A stretch of DNA of 64,000 nucleotides from an uncultured Spirochaetota bacterium. GTDB taxonomy: Bacteria > Spirochaetota > Spirochaetia > SZUA-6 > Fen-1364. Numbering within the stretch: position 1 is the first letter of the stretch; every line of letters starts with the position of its first letter. Below, in pieces: positions 50,434 through 61,579 of this stretch. The translations under genes and the position numbers were made by a program. The DNA is taken from positions 704,001 to 768,000 of the forward strand of contig CAWJSK010000012.1 of NCBI GenBank assembly GCA_963845535.1. The letters are read 5' to 3'. A model generated the notes under the pieces. It was not told the DNA's origin and did no database searches. It worked only from the letters and a program-made list of their open reading frames with translations.

Positions 50434-51131
50434 ACCTCCTTTTCCCCATCCTGCTTTCCCTTCGCGTTGCCGTGGTCGCCACCGCGTTCACGTTGGTGAT
50501 TGGGCTGGGCCTGGCAAAGCTCTTTGCCTCCCGCGCCGTGCGCCTCCGGCGGGTCTGGGAGTCCCTCATCCTTTTGCCCATGGTGTTTCCTCCCACCATT
50601 ACCGGCTATCTCCTCCTTGTTCTCTTCGGGAAAAGGAGCCCCGTCGGCGCCCTCCTGGCCCAGCTCGGGCTTTCCGTTGTCTTCACCTGGGCGGCCGCCG
50701 TGATTGCCTCCTTCGTCGTGTCCCTTCCCCTGATGTTCCAGAACTGCAAGGCCGCCCTGCGCAGCGTGGACACGCAGCTGGAAAACGCGGCGCGCACCCT
50801 CGGGCTCAGGGAAGGCAGAGTTTTCCTTCGCGTCACGCTTCCCCTGGCAACGCCGGGGATCCTGAGCGGAACGGCGCTGTCCTTTGCCAGGGCCCTCGGG
50901 GAGTTCGGCGCAACGCTCATGATTGCCGGCAACATACCCGGCAGGACGCAGACCATCCCGCTGGCCCTCTATTCCGCGGTGGAAAGCGGACGGCAGGCGG
51001 AAGCGAACATACTCCTTGCCGTTACGGTTGCGCTCTCCTTCGCCGTCGTGATCGTGGTGAGCTTCTATGAGAGGCTCGGGGCCGGCGAACGCGCGGGACG
51101 GACCGGGGGAAGGGTTCCGCCACGACGCTGA
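50430..51131 (+). CDS. modB: Molybdate ABC transporter permease
   Basis: LPMVFPPT, FARALGEFGAT, GNIPG. Confidence 0.94.
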   Translation: MNLLFPILLSLRVAVVATAFTLVIGLGLAKLFASRAVRLRRVWESLILLPMVFPPTITGYLLLVLFGKRSPVGALLAQLGLSVVFTWAAAVIASFVVSLPLMFQNCKAALRSVDTQLENAARTLGLREGRVFLRVTLPLATPGILSGTALSFARALGEFGATLMIAGNIPGRTQTIPLALYSAVESGRQAEANILLAVTVALSFAVVIVVSFYERLGAGERAGRTGGRVPPRR

Positions 51132-51751
51132 TCAACTTCGAGAAGGAGCTTGCCCTCTTCACGCTCAAGGCTGCGTTCATGCTGGAAAAAAACATGACCG
51201 CAATCCTGTGGGGCGAATCCGGGGCTGGCAAGACGACGGTGCTCAACTGCATTGCAGGGCTCCTGGACCCTGATCGAGGTGAGATCCTCGTGGAAGGCAA
51301 GACGGTGTTTTCATCCACGCGCGGGATCAGCCTTCCTCCGCGTGAGCGGAACGTGGGTTTCGTCTTCCAGAGCTATGCGCTCTTTCCCCACCTCAGCGCG
51401 GAGGAGAACGTGGCCCTGGCAATGCCGCGCGCCAAGAGGCGCGACGCGGTGGAGTACCTGGAGAGGTTCCATATCGAGCGCATGAGGAAATCGAAGCCGC
51501 CGTACCTCTCGGGAGGGGAGCGCCAGAGGCTGGCCCTGGCCAGGGCGCTCGCAACGAAACCCCGCCTGCTCCTCCTCGATGAGCCTTTCAGCGCGCTGGA
51601 CACGCGGACGCGGGAAGAGACTCATCGGGAGTTTCTTGCCCTTCGGGATGAGCTTTCCATGAGCGTCATCCTCGTGACGCATGACCGAAGCGAAGCCAGG
51701 CTCCTGGGCCACAGGATCTACGAGCTTCGTGACGGCGAGGTCTTGGAATAG
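51122..51751 (+). CDS. modC: Molybdate ABC transporter ATPase (start uncertain: ACG 51122 or ATG 51179)
   Basis: GESGAGKT, FQSYALFPHL, LSGGE, LLLDEP. Confidence 0.88.
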   Translation, partial: TTLINFEKELALFTLKAAFMLEKNMTAILWGESGAGKTTVLNCIAGLLDPDRGEILVEGKTVFSSTRGISLPPRERNVGFVFQSYALFPHLSAEENVALAMPRAKRRDAVEYLERFHIERMRKSKPPYLSGGERQRLALARALATKPRLLLLDEPFSALDTRTREETHREFLALRDELSMSVILVTHDRSEARLLGHRIYELRDGEVLE

Positions 51752-51761
51752 GACGGGAAGC

Positions 51762-52511
51762 ATGGCGGACCTCGAAGCGTTCGTGAAAAAGCTCTTCCTC
51801 CCCGGCGCTGTCTACACATTTGTGGGAGCCGGCGGAAAATCCACGGCAATGCGCCGAGTCGCGCGCATCCTCGCCCGGAGCGGGTTGCGCCCGCGCATGA
51901 CAACGACCACCCGCGTGGGGATCGAGGAGTTCTCGGGCTTCCCCGTTTTCTTTGCGCCGGCCGCGCGGGATCTCAGGGAGGCATGCGGCGGTCGTGAGCC
52001 CGTCCGGCTCATCGTTTCCTCCGCGCTCGCCGGGCAGGGGAAATACGCGGGGGTCGACCCCGCCCTTTTCGACGGGATGGAGGTCGGCGACGACTCGGTT
52101 CTCCTCGTGGAAGGGGACGGGTCGCGCCGCAAGCCTCTGAAGGTACCCACGAGCCGGGAGCCCGTCATTCCCGCCTGCACCGCGCTTGTCTTCGCTCTCA
52201 TGGGGGCATCCGGTTTTGGCGAGCCCATCGACGAGGAGCACTGCTATAACCACCAGGCGGTTTCCGGCATCGTGCCACCGGGCACACGGAGCTTCGACGC
52301 GGCCTCCCTGGCAGCCATTGCAGCCCATCCTGCCGGATGTCGCAAAGGAGTCGTGCGCGGGATGGGATTTCACGTAGTCATGAACCAGGGAGACCTGCCG
52401 GCCAAACGACCCATCGGGGCCGAGGCTTTGGGTATCCTCAAAGCCCAGGGGATCGATGGCAGCCTGGTTTCCTTGCAGCAGGAGGTCGTGTACGAAACCC
52501 CCGGCCTCTGA
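51762..52511 (+). CDS. yqeC: Selenium cofactor biosynthesis protein YqeC
   Basis: VGAGGKS, TTTT, VEGDGSRRKPLK, EPVIP. Confidence 0.88.
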   Translation: MADLEAFVKKLFLPGAVYTFVGAGGKSTAMRRVARILARSGLRPRMTTTTRVGIEEFSGFPVFFAPAARDLREACGGREPVRLIVSSALAGQGKYAGVDPALFDGMEVGDDSVLLVEGDGSRRKPLKVPTSREPVIPACTALVFALMGASGFGEPIDEEHCYNHQAVSGIVPPGTRSFDAASLAAIAAHPAGCRKGVVRGMGFHVVMNQGDLPAKRPIGAEALGILKAQGIDGSLVSLQQEVVYETPGL

Positions 52512-52512
52512 G

Positions 52513-53397
52513 ATGCTGCTCGCGCTCGTCAAGGGCGGAGGAGACCTGGCCACGGGGGTCGCCCTTTCCCTGCACCGGGCGGGATTCGGCGTCGTGATGA
52601 CCGAGATTGCCCAGCCGACTGCCATTCGGCTGACGGTGTCATTCGCCCAAGCCGTCTACGAGGGCGGCCACACCGTCGAAGGCGTGCGGGCCGTGCGGAC
52701 GGATGCGGAGGGATGGCGGGCCGTGGTGGAGGCAGGCGCCGTTGCCGTTCTCGTGGACCCGCGGGCAGCCATCCTGTCGCGCGTGTCCACGCACCTCGTC
52801 GTGGACGCAATCATGGCAAAGCGGAACACGGGCACGGGTCGCGCGGAGCGCAGCGTGGTGATCGGCCTGGGCCCGGGGTTCACCGCCGGCGCGGACGCGG
52901 GAGCGGACGTGGACGCCGTGATCGAGACCGCGCGCGGGCACGAGCTGGGACGCGTCATCCGCGCGGGGGTTGCGCGGGAAGACAGCGGCGTGCCCGGGGA
53001 GATCGGGGGCCGCGGCGCCGAACGCGTGCTGCGCGCCCCCGCGGACGGGAACGTGATCCACGTGAAGGAGATCGGGGCCATCGTCAGGAAAGGGGAGCCG
53101 GTGGCGCGCGTGGGTGACCTGACGGTGACGGCGCCGTTCGACGGGTGCCTGCGGGGCCTCATCCACCATGGGCTTGCCGTGCGCCGGGGGATGAAAATCG
53201 GGGACGTTGACCCGCGCGGGGAAGCGCAATATGCATCCACCGTGTCGGACAAAGCCCGGGCCCTCGGGCGGGCCGTGCTGGAGGCGGCTCTCCTCCTTGG
53301 CCGGGAAAGGGGCCTTTTCCAGCTCGAGCCTCGCGCTTCGGGCGGCGCGCTCAGGAGACCGTCACAACGTCCCCCGGACCGAGAAACTTCTCCGTGA
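52513..53397 (+). CDS. yqeB: Selenium-dependent molybdenum cofactor biosynthesis protein YqeB
   Basis: GGGDLATG, DAIMAKRN, GLGPGF, IETARGH, KIGDVDPR, SDKA. Confidence 0.92.
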   Translation: MLLALVKGGGDLATGVALSLHRAGFGVVMTEIAQPTAIRLTVSFAQAVYEGGHTVEGVRAVRTDAEGWRAVVEAGAVAVLVDPRAAILSRVSTHLVVDAIMAKRNTGTGRAERSVVIGLGPGFTAGADAGADVDAVIETARGHELGRVIRAGVAREDSGVPGEIGGRGAERVLRAPADGNVIHVKEIGAIVRKGEPVARVGDLTVTAPFDGCLRGLIHHGLAVRRGMKIGDVDPRGEAQYASTVSDKARALGRAVLEAALLLGRERGLFQLEPRASGGALRRPSQRPPDRETSP

Positions 53398-53992
53398 TCT
53401 CGTACATGTTGGAGACACGGCCTGCGCGGAGCTTGTCCAGCAGGTGAAAGTAGTCCAGGCAGGTGCCGCAGACCAGGACTTCCACGCCGCGTGACTCGAT
53501 CTTTCGAAGAAGCTCGATCGTCTCCTCCTGCTCGGCTGCCAGACGCACGCCCGAGTTCATCAGAACGAGAGCGCGCGGCGGCCTGTCCAGCTCGCCAATG
53601 GTGTGAAGGAGCCCGCGCACCAGGAGCCTTCCCAGCGCTTCGTCCCCGCGTCCGATCTGATCCGAGGAAAGGAAGATTGTCTTCCCCGCAAACTGGCGGT
53701 CGGGAGCCGCGGCGGGCGGCTCTTCATCACAAGAAGGATTGGCGCCGCCGCCGCGGGCTTTCTCACGCATGGCGTCAGTTACCAGGGCCGAGATTGCATG
53801 AACCCTGCCGCGGCTGGCCGTCACCGGTTCGGCGGCGCCGGTGAACTTCAGGAATCGTATGACATTCTGCCGGGCCGCCTCGTTGTCCACAACGACCTCG
53901 ATCTCATCCAGACCGGCTTCCACCATCGCCTTTCTGCAGAGGATCACCGGCTGGGGGCACGCCAGCCCCTTCGCGTCGATCGATCTCTTCAT
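53351..53992 (-). CDS. yedF: Selenium metabolism protein YedF (TusA + DsrE-like domains)
   Basis: IDAKGLACPQPV; GRGDEALG; CGTCLDY; SNMYEI. Confidence 0.9.
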   Translation of the reverse strand: MKRSIDAKGLACPQPVILCRKAMVEAGLDEIEVVVDNEAARQNVIRFLKFTGAAEPVTASRGRVHAISALVTDAMREKARGGGANPSCDEEPPAAAPDRQFAGKTIFLSSDQIGRGDEALGRLLVRGLLHTIGELDRPPRALVLMNSGVRLAAEQEETIELLRKIESRGVEVLVCGTCLDYFHLLDKLRAGRVSNMYEITEKFLGPGDVVTVS

Positions 53993-54224
53993 ATTTCCTC
54001 CGTCCTTCCCGCATGACAACGCGATACAGCACGGCCGGCAGACCCAGCGCTTCCCACCACGGAGGCTTCTCCCGCTTCTCAGCGCCTGCGAGAAGCGAGA
54101 AGCCGCAGCCGGTCTTCACTACGGGCGGCGTCGGCACGAGGGTCACCGCAACGCCCTGGCGTTTCAACGTCTGCTCGGCGCTCAAAGTCTGGTGAATCCC
54201 CGGCAGAACGACAAGAAGCTCCAC
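53904..54224 (-). CDS. DUF3343-like putative Se/S carrier
   Basis: HQTLSAE...VPTP...GCGFSL; lies between selD and yedF; ends uncertain. Confidence 0.7.
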   Translation of the reverse strand: MELLVVLPGIHQTLSAEQTLKRQGVAVTLVPTPPVVKTGCGFSLLAGAEKREKPPWWEALGLPAVLYRVVMREGRRKYEEIDRREGAGVPPAGDPLQKGDGGSRSG

Positions 54225-54231
54225 GCTGCTT

Positions 54232-55257
54232 TCAGGCAAGCTCCACCATCCCCTTGCCGGGAACGGTCTCACCGATGATGGCCGCCAAAACGCCGGCAGC
54301 CCGAAGCTCTGCAAGCGCGGCGTCAGCGTCCGCTGAATCCACCGCGGCAAGGAGGCCACCGGAGGTCTGCGGATCGAAGAGTACATTCAACAGGTCATCG
54401 TCCATCCCGGCTGCTGTGACGACAAACGGCATGCGGAAGCTCCTGTTTCGGTACGTGCCCTCCGGCACCAGGCCCATGGCCGCGTATTGCCTCACTGACG
54501 GGAGGAGCGGCACCGAGGCGGCGGAGACGCGTACGTTGCACGATGAACCGGCCGCCATCTCGCATGCGTGGCCAAGGAGCCCGAAGCCCGTCACGTCGGT
54601 GCAGGCTCGAACGGCATGGCGGGAAAAGATATCGCATGCGACGCGGTTCAGCGCGCTCATGCCATCGATTGCGGCGCCAAGAGCCTGCGGGGAAGCGAGC
54701 CCGGCCTTTTCGGCGGTCGTGATGAGCCCGGTCCCGATCGATTTCGTAAGGATGAGCCGCTCCGCGTCTCGGATCGAATTGTTCAGCCACACGCGCTCGG
54801 GATGAACAATCCCGGTGACTGCGTACCCGAGCTTCAGCTCCTTGTCGTCTACGCTGTGCCCGCCCACCAGCGGGCAGCCCGCCTCTTCCAGCGCCGTCAG
54901 CCCGCCCTCCATCATCTTCTGGAGGATCGAGACGTCAAGATTCTCCACGGGGAAGCCTACAATGCACGCGGCCGTGGTGGGCCGTCCGCCCATGGCGTAC
55001 ACGTCCGACAGCGCGTTGGCGGCGGCAATCCGGCCGAACTGGAACGCGTCATCCACGATGGGCGGGAAGAAGTCCACCGTGTGGATCAGCGCCTGCGTCT
55101 CGTTGATCCTGAGCACGCCGGCGTCCTCGCTGTGACGGAAGTCGGCAATCAGGTCGGGGTAGGAGGGTTGGCTCAGTCCGCACAGCGCCTTGTCGAGGAG
55201 CCCCGGACCGAGCTTCGCGCCGCAGCCGGCGAAACGGGAGAGGGAAGTCAGCTTCAT
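54232..55257 (-). CDS. selD: Selenide, water dikinase (Cys form)
   Basis: [50 protein letters not shown]. Confidence 0.96.
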   Translation of the reverse strand: MKLTSLSRFAGCGAKLGPGLLDKALCGLSQPSYPDLIADFRHSEDAGVLRINETQALIHTVDFFPPIVDDAFQFGRIAAANALSDVYAMGGRPTTAACIVGFPVENLDVSILQKMMEGGLTALEEAGCPLVGGHSVDDKELKLGYAVTGIVHPERVWLNNSIRDAERLILTKSIGTGLITTAEKAGLASPQALGAAIDGMSALNRVACDIFSRHAVRACTDVTGFGLLGHACEMAAGSSCNVRVSAASVPLLPSVRQYAAMGLVPEGTYRNRSFRMPFVVTAAGMDDDLLNVLFDPQTSGGLLAAVDSADADAALAELRAAGVLAAIIGETVPGKGMVELA

Positions 55258-56402
55258 GATTCAGCTCCGATCCGGCGCAGCGCTTCGAGAGTCTGGTCGA
55301 CGTCGGCTTGCGTGGTGAACGGTCCGGGAGAGAGGCGGACCGTGCCGCCCGTCCGGAGCGTCCCGATGGCCGCGTGCGCGGCAGGCGCGCAGTGAAGCCC
55401 ATGCCGGCAGGCAATGCCCAGCTCATCGAGCTTCCGTGCCAGCTCATCGAGCGGAATGCGCGCATGTGTCAGGGAAAGAATGGAGAGCCTCTCCTCGGTC
55501 TCCTGCGGACCGTGAACGCGGAAACCGGGCATTTCCGCAAGGCCGCGCCGCAGGCATTCCGCCGCCTGTTTTCTCCTGGCTGCCAGGGCGGCCACTCCAG
55601 TCTCCCGAATGTAGCGCACCGCGGCAAGCAGGCCGGCGATTGCCGGAAGGTTCTGCGTGCCGCTCTCATAGCGGTCCGGGAGAAACGACGGCTGCTCCGC
55701 GGACTCCGAGTCGCTTCCCGTGCCGCCGTAGATGAGCGGCTCGGGCGCGGCGCGGGGGCCCAGGAACAGCAGCCCCAATCCGGCGGGGCCGAGAAGGCCC
55801 TTATGCGCGGAGACGCAAAAAAAATCGAACGGGAAGGAGCCGAGGTCAACGGGGACTTCCCCGGCGCTTTGCGCCGCATCTATTGCGACCAGCGTGTCGG
55901 GAGACATGTGCAGGGCGTCCCGCGCCATCTGCGCAAAAGGGAAGGTCGCGCCCGTCACGTTGCTGGCGGAAGTGAAGACGAGGAGATCCGGTCTCTCCCT
56001 GAGCGCCTCCCGGAACGAGCCGTTGTCCTTGAAAATGCGAGCGCGCAGCCCGAGCTCCTTGTGCAGGGCGCGCAGGGGCCGCATGACGGCGTTGTGCTCC
56101 ATCGCGGAGAGCGCAACGAGGGCGCCCGGGCGCAGGGTCCCGCGGAGGACGAGGTTCAAAGATGCGGTGGTTCCCGGGGTGAAGATCAGCCGGGCCGGGT
56201 CCGCGAAACAGAACAGCTCGGCGGCCGCGCTACGCGCCTCGAAGACCAGCCTGTCGGCGGAAACCGCCCCCGCGTGTGTCCCCCGGCCGGGGCTCCCCAA
56301 CGGCTCCGTGAGGGACCGCGCAACCGCTTCGGCAACGCCCGGGGCCTTGGGCCAGCTGGTTGCCGCGTTGTCCATGTAAACGAACGGAGCCCGGTCCGCC
56401 AT
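55254..56402 (-). CDS. Class V PLP cysteine desulfurase / selenocysteine lyase
   Basis: [34 protein letters not shown]. Confidence 0.92.
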   Translation of the reverse strand: MADRAPFVYMDNAATSWPKAPGVAEAVARSLTEPLGSPGRGTHAGAVSADRLVFEARSAAAELFCFADPARLIFTPGTTASLNLVLRGTLRPGALVALSAMEHNAVMRPLRALHKELGLRARIFKDNGSFREALRERPDLLVFTSASNVTGATFPFAQMARDALHMSPDTLVAIDAAQSAGEVPVDLGSFPFDFFCVSAHKGLLGPAGLGLLFLGPRAAPEPLIYGGTGSDSESAEQPSFLPDRYESGTQNLPAIAGLLAAVRYIRETGVAALAARRKQAAECLRRGLAEMPGFRVHGPQETEERLSILSLTHARIPLDELARKLDELGIACRHGLHCAPAAHAAIGTLRTGGTVRLSPGPFTTQADVDQTLEALRRIGAES

Positions 56403-56556
56403 GAGAGAAATAATACCAGATCGTACACCTGCCGTCCCCCCGCGCAGGGAGACCCTCCGCACCGCGCGCCGGCATCTCGCGCAGCGACCCCTTGCGTCGC
56501 CCCCTGCATCGCCCTTTGCTTGACCCTCCCTCTCCCCTGTCAGTATCATCCCGTGC

Positions 56557-58977
56557 ATGACTGGCTATCCGTTCAGCGACATCGAAAAGAAGTGGCAGGC
56601 GTATTGGGCAAAGAACAAGACCTTCCGGGCCAGGGAAGACCCGAAAGTGCCCCGTGAGAAGAGGAAGTACATCCTCGACATGTTCCCCTATCCGTCCGCC
56701 GCGGGCCTCCACGTGGGCCACCCCGAAGGCTACATCGCCACGGACATCTACTGCCGCTACCTGCGCATGAACGGCTTCAATGTGCTGCATCCCATGGGCT
56801 TCGACTCTTTCGGACTGCCCGCGGAAAACTACGCCATCAAGACCGGCACGCACCCCCGCATGTCCACGGAGCAGAACATCGCCCGCTTCACCTCCCAGAT
56901 CAAATCCCTGGGCTTCTCCTATGACTGGGACAGGGTGATCTCCACGTGCGAGCCGGAGTATTACCGGTGGACCCAGTGGATTTTCCTGAAGATGTGGGAG
57001 AAGGGACTGGCGTACGAGGCGGAGGTGCCCATCAACTGGTGTCCTTCCTGTCTGACGGGGCTGGCCAATGAGGAAGTGAAGGACGGATTGTGCGACCGAT
57101 GCGGCACCCCGGTCACCCGGCGCAACCTGCGCCAGTGGATCATGAAGATCACCGCCTACGCGGAAAGGCTGCTCGCTGACCTGGACAAGCTCCAGTGGTC
57201 CGAGTCCTTGAAGCTGATGCAGAGGAACTGGATTGGCCGCAGTGAAGGCGCCAATGTCCGCTTCGCCCTGGCCGCCGGAGGCGGGGAAATCGAGGTCTAC
57301 ACGACACGTCCGGACACGCTTTTTGGCGCAACCTACATGGTGCTGGCACCAGAGCATCCCCTGGTGGCCCGGATCACCACGCCCGCTCAGAAGACGTCCG
57401 TGCAGGACTACATATCCGCTGCCGCCATGAAGTCAGACCTGGAGCGCACCGAACTGGCCAAGGAGAAGACCGGCGTCTTCACCGGAGCTTACGCCATCAA
57501 CCCCATGAACGGAAACAAGATCCCCGTGTGGATCTCGGACTATATCCTGATCTCCTACGGGACCGGGGCCATCATGGCGGTGCCCGGGCATGATGAACGT
57601 GACTTCGAGTTTGCGAAGAAGTTCCGTCTCCCCATTGTCCAAGTGGTTTCCCGTGACGGCTCCACCTATCCCCTGGAAACCGCGGAGCCAATGGAAGGGA
57701 TTGCCGTCAACTCGGGGGAGTTCAATGGGATTTCCACCGCGGAGTTCGAGAAGAAGATCATTGAGTGGCTGCAAAAGAAAGGGATAGGCAGCAGCGCGGT
57801 GAACTACAAGCTGCGGGACTGGATATTCTCCCGCCAGAGGTACTGGGGGGAACCCATCCCCCTCATCCACTGCCCCAAGGACGGCACCGTGGCAGTCCCG
57901 TATGACCAGCTTCCCCTGAAGCTCCCCGAGGTGGCAACCTACAAGCCCACCGGAACGGGGGAAAGCCCGCTGGCGGCAATGACGGACTGGGTGAACACCA
58001 CGTGCCCGAAGTGCGGCGGCCCTGCCAAGAGGGAAACGAACACGATGCCCCAGTGGGCAGGGTCCTGCTGGTATTACATGCGCTACCTGGACCCGCACAA
58101 CGACAAGGAGTTCGCCTCCCGGGAGAAGCTCGAATACTGGATGCCCGTGGACCTGTACGTGGGCGGCGCGGAGCATGCCGTGCTTCACCTCCTGTACTCC
58201 CGGTTCTGGCACAAGTTCCTGTTCGACATCGGCGCCGTGGGCTCGGATGAGCCGTTCATGCGCCTCATCAACCAGGGCATGATCCTGGGAGAAGGCGGCG
58301 TGAAGATGTCCAAGAGCCTTGGGAACGTCATCAATCCGGATGACATCATCACGAGCTTCGGCGCTGACACCATGCGCGTCTACGAGATGTTCATGGGCCC
58401 GCTGGAAGTGTCCAAGCCCTGGTCCACGCGCGGAATTGCCGGGGTGAAGCGCTTCCTGGAAAAGATATGGCGCGCCGCGGAGCTTCCCCTGAATGATGAG
58501 GAGCCCTCGGAGTCCCTCCTGCGGCTGCTCCACAAGACAATCAAGAAGGTCAGCCAGGACACGGGAAAGCTGGAGTTCAATACCGCCATCGCCCAGATGA
58601 TGATCTTCATGAATGAGGTTACCGGCCTTTCCGCCGTGCCCCGCACGCTGTGGCAACCTTTCATCCTCCTCCTGGCTCCGTACGCTCCGCACCTGGCGGA
58701 AGAGCTGTGGGAAAAGACCGGCGGGGCCGCGTCGGTTGGCGCCCAGGCCTGGCCTCGCTGGGATGAGGCGCTGACGGTTGAGGAAATGGTGGAGGTGGTT
58801 TTCCAGATCAACGGCAAGATCCGTGCAAAGGAGAGCCTCCCGGCCGGACTCGGAGAAGCCGAAACAAAGGAGAAAGCCCTGGGCAACGCGAGGATGAAGG
58901 AGCTCCTGGACGGGAAGGAGATCCGCAAGGTCATCGTTGTTCCCGGCAAGCTGGTAAACGTCGTTGCCTCCGTCTGA
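56557..58977 (+). CDS. leuS: Leucine-tRNA ligase
   Basis: MFPYPS, HVGH, TTRPDT editing domain, KMSKS. Confidence 0.97.
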   Translation: MTGYPFSDIEKKWQAYWAKNKTFRAREDPKVPREKRKYILDMFPYPSAAGLHVGHPEGYIATDIYCRYLRMNGFNVLHPMGFDSFGLPAENYAIKTGTHPRMSTEQNIARFTSQIKSLGFSYDWDRVISTCEPEYYRWTQWIFLKMWEKGLAYEAEVPINWCPSCLTGLANEEVKDGLCDRCGTPVTRRNLRQWIMKITAYAERLLADLDKLQWSESLKLMQRNWIGRSEGANVRFALAAGGGEIEVYTTRPDTLFGATYMVLAPEHPLVARITTPAQKTSVQDYISAAAMKSDLERTELAKEKTGVFTGAYAINPMNGNKIPVWISDYILISYGTGAIMAVPGHDERDFEFAKKFRLPIVQVVSRDGSTYPLETAEPMEGIAVNSGEFNGISTAEFEKKIIEWLQKKGIGSSAVNYKLRDWIFSRQRYWGEPIPLIHCPKDGTVAVPYDQLPLKLPEVATYKPTGTGESPLAAMTDWVNTTCPKCGGPAKRETNTMPQWAGSCWYYMRYLDPHNDKEFASREKLEYWMPVDLYVGGAEHAVLHLLYSRFWHKFLFDIGAVGSDEPFMRLINQGMILGEGGVKMSKSLGNVINPDDIITSFGADTMRVYEMFMGPLEVSKPWSTRGIAGVKRFLEKIWRAAELPLNDEEPSESLLRLLHKTIKKVSQDTGKLEFNTAIAQMMIFMNEVTGLSAVPRTLWQPFILLLAPYAPHLAEELWEKTGGAASVGAQAWPRWDEALTVEEMVEVVFQINGKIRAKESLPAGLGEAETKEKALGNARMKELLDGKEIRKVIVVPGKLVNVVASV

Positions 58978-60116
58978 GCTGGCGCGGCAGGCGTTTCGGC
59001 AGCGCCAGGCGCTGTTCTCCTCCTGGCTCGCTGAGTCGGGGATCTTTGCCTGCGTGCTGGACGATTTCGAGGGCTTGCGCGCAAGCTCCGTGCGTTGGCT
59101 CTGCGGCCACCCCATGGATGCAATCCTCTTCGTTTTTGCGGACGCGCGCACCGTCCTCGTCCCGTGGGACTTGAATCTGGCCCGAGAGATGTCCACCGTT
59201 GACGAGATCGTCCCCTACACGGACTTCAAGCGGTCCTTCCGTGAAGCGGTGATCACCGTGCTGAACGAGCGCGGCGGCGGATCCGGCGGACGCAAAGTGG
59301 AGTTCGGCGGCCATACCACGTTCCTTCGACACCGCGAGCTGCTCGAGGACCTCCCCGACCACGAAATCATCATCAGGCCGGACGGCGCGGACGCGCGCCT
59401 GGGCGCGCTTCGCGCAAGAAAAGACGCGGAGGAGCTGGCGGCGCTGGAGAAGGCGTCGCGGATAACGGATGAAGTTTCCGTACTGGCGGCGGACTACCTG
59501 CGCTCCGCTTCCAACCGCGGGGTCACCGAGCATGAGATGGCGGAGCTCCTGGAACGCGAGGCCGTTGCGCGCGGTGCCGAGGGCATGGGGTTCGAGACGC
59601 TCGCAGCAGGGCCGGGCCGAAGCTGGGGCATCCACCCGTTCCCCGCCTCCACGCGGGGAGCCTTTCGGAGGAGACGGACTTTCCATCCTGGACTTCGGCG
59701 TCAAGGTGGATGGCTACACGAGCGATGTGACGATGACGTTTGCCCGCGGAAAGCTCACGGTAGAGCAGGAGCTCATGATCGAGCTCGTGGAGAAAGCGTA
59801 CGCCGCGGCGCTCCAGGCGGCGCGGCCCAACGTCTCCCCCCGCGAGCCGGCCGTGAAGGCGGATGACGTTTTCCAGGCTGCGGGCTGGCGGATGCCACAC
59901 GCTCTGGGCCACGGGATTGGATTGGATGCGCACGAACGGCCGCTTCTTCACGTGCAAGGAAGCGGCGCGGACTCGGAGCTCAGTCCCGGCATCGTTTTCA
60001 CCATTGAGCCGGGCCTCTACCATCCCCGCCACGGGGGGGTCCGCTGGGAAAACGACGTCCTGATGACTGAAGCCGGACCGAAGGTCCTCACGAACGCCAG
60101 GATCATCCGGTTCTGA
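58964..60116 (+). CDS. Xaa-Pro (M24) peptidase (indel ~59664)
   Basis: [10 protein letters not shown]; next frame DFG...[29 protein letters not shown]. Confidence 0.88.
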
Positions 60117-60125
60117 AGACGCGGC

Positions 60126-60875
60126 CTATTCAAGCGGCCTTGTCACGGTTTCCCGCTCCCCGACGCAGATGCGGAACGCTCCGCCGCGCGTGGAGAAAAG
60201 CGCGTGCATTCCCACGCTGAGCGCCGGCAGTGTCATGCTCTCCACCGTGATGATCAGGTTGGTTGAAGCGAACGGGCTTTCCAGGAACCATTCGCCGGCG
60301 CCGGGGCTCAGGGTCACGTCCCGCGCCGGAAGCAGGTCTATGTCATAGGCGCTGAAGTCACCTTGGGCGAGCTTCTGCGCCACTGCGTCGAGGTCCAGGC
60401 TCCAGGGATCTGCATGCCTCCCGAAGCAGGAAGCGAGCCTCCCGGCGTTGACCAGAGAAGTGTCGAACCCGCGCTCGGCAAGCAGCTTGAAGACATATGC
60501 CAGGCATCCGTCACCCCACGAAAGTGTGATCTCGGAGTTGCCGCTGCCGTCAACGCAGTCCTCTGGGTAAAGCCCGCCCGCCGGCCGCAGGTATCCCGCG
60601 GCGCGCGCCGCGGTTGGATACGCCAGCACAGGTGTGTTGCCGGCTTTCCAGCATGACACCACGGGCGCCTGGCTTCTGTCCGTGACGGTCACCGTCCGCC
60701 AGGTTCCGCTTCCGTCCCGGAAGACCAGGCTGAAGCCGAGGTCAGCGAACGCGCGAGACCACTGCTCGGGCGGCTCGGGAAGCCTGACGCGAAGGTCGGT
60801 TCGAGGTCCGAACAACGCGCACGAAGCGGGAAAAACGATTGACAGCAGGGCAGCAAAGCGCAGCGGTTTCACCAC
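60126..60875 (-). CDS. Hypothetical probable lipoprotein
   Basis: Lipobox-like PASC; follows DUF4416 gene; start uncertain. Confidence 0.55.
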   Translation of the reverse strand: MVKPLRFAALLSIVFPASCALFGPRTDLRVRLPEPPEQWSRAFADLGFSLVFRDGSGTWRTVTVTDRSQAPVVSCWKAGNTPVLAYPTAARAAGYLRPAGGLYPEDCVDGSGNSEITLSWGDGCLAYVFKLLAERGFDTSLVNAGRLASCFGRHADPWSLDLDAVAQKLAQGDFSAYDIDLLPARDVTLSPGAGEWFLESPFASTNLIITVESMTLPALSVGMHALFSTRGGAFRICVGERETVTRPLE

Positions 60876-60981
60876 GCTGGGAATCAACGCCCGAAACTGC
60901 GCGCTGCTTGCAGGCCCGCCTCCAAGAGAGGCCGGCTGGTTGCTTGATTCCACCGGCAAAGCGAAGACGGTTCGCCAGCCC

Positions 60982-61512
60982 TCAGGAATGGGCGTGCGTT
61001 TGCGCCTTGTACAACCCTCGAATCTCGTTGAGGACGTGAAGGTATTCTGGTGAGCGGTAGTCAGGGTACGTCCACTCGAGCGGGCGAAAGCTTCCTTTGT
61101 GGAAGAGGAGCGTGATCTCCGCGTGGATCCCGCCCGAGAGAGGGATGCGGTGGGCGCTCTCTTTGGTTGTCACGAGGATGAACCTGCTGAGGCACAAGAG
61201 GCCAGGGTCGATGTTGACTTTCCGCCCCCCTGCCTCGCGGAACTGTTCCTCCACCCGATTGGTCTGGAGCTTGATCTCAGCAATCATTGAGGGATCCACG
61301 AGGCGGCGGAAGGAAACGAAAAAGCGCTGGATATCCGGTCCCATCTCGGCGTCATAGTAGTCGGTGTAGGAGAACGGCATGAGCTGGCTGCAAAAATCGC
61401 TGGGTCCCCACGTCCTGTCGAAGATGCCAAGGAGCTCCTGCTCCGTCTGCGGCCGCGAGATGAGGACGGCCATGACCAGCTTTTCCGGCAGGAATTGCGT
61501 TGCCTCACCCAT
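60982..61512 (-). CDS. DUF4416 family protein
   Basis: TDYYDAEMG, RKVNIDPG, TTK...HRI, WTYPDY. Confidence 0.85.
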   Translation of the reverse strand: MGEATQFLPEKLVMAVLISRPQTEQELLGIFDRTWGPSDFCSQLMPFSYTDYYDAEMGPDIQRFFVSFRRLVDPSMIAEIKLQTNRVEEQFREAGGRKVNIDPGLLCLSRFILVTTKESAHRIPLSGGIHAEITLLFHKGSFRPLEWTYPDYRSPEYLHVLNEIRGLYKAQTHAHS

Positions 61513-61579
61513 TCCCGCCCTCCTCCTGTGGCAGCGGCTGCATTGCGTCACCTCTGACTTTACCTTATAATTGCGGAGA

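Noticed and set aside
55215..55235. Selenocysteine (UGA) in SelD, YedF or DUF3343
   Set aside because: The SelD codon at the homologous site is TGC, and the other ORFs are open with Cys; no in-frame TGA needs recoding.
56403..56556. T-box leader upstream of leuS
   Set aside because: Only ~150 bp, shared with a divergent gene; no T-box consensus or terminator seen.
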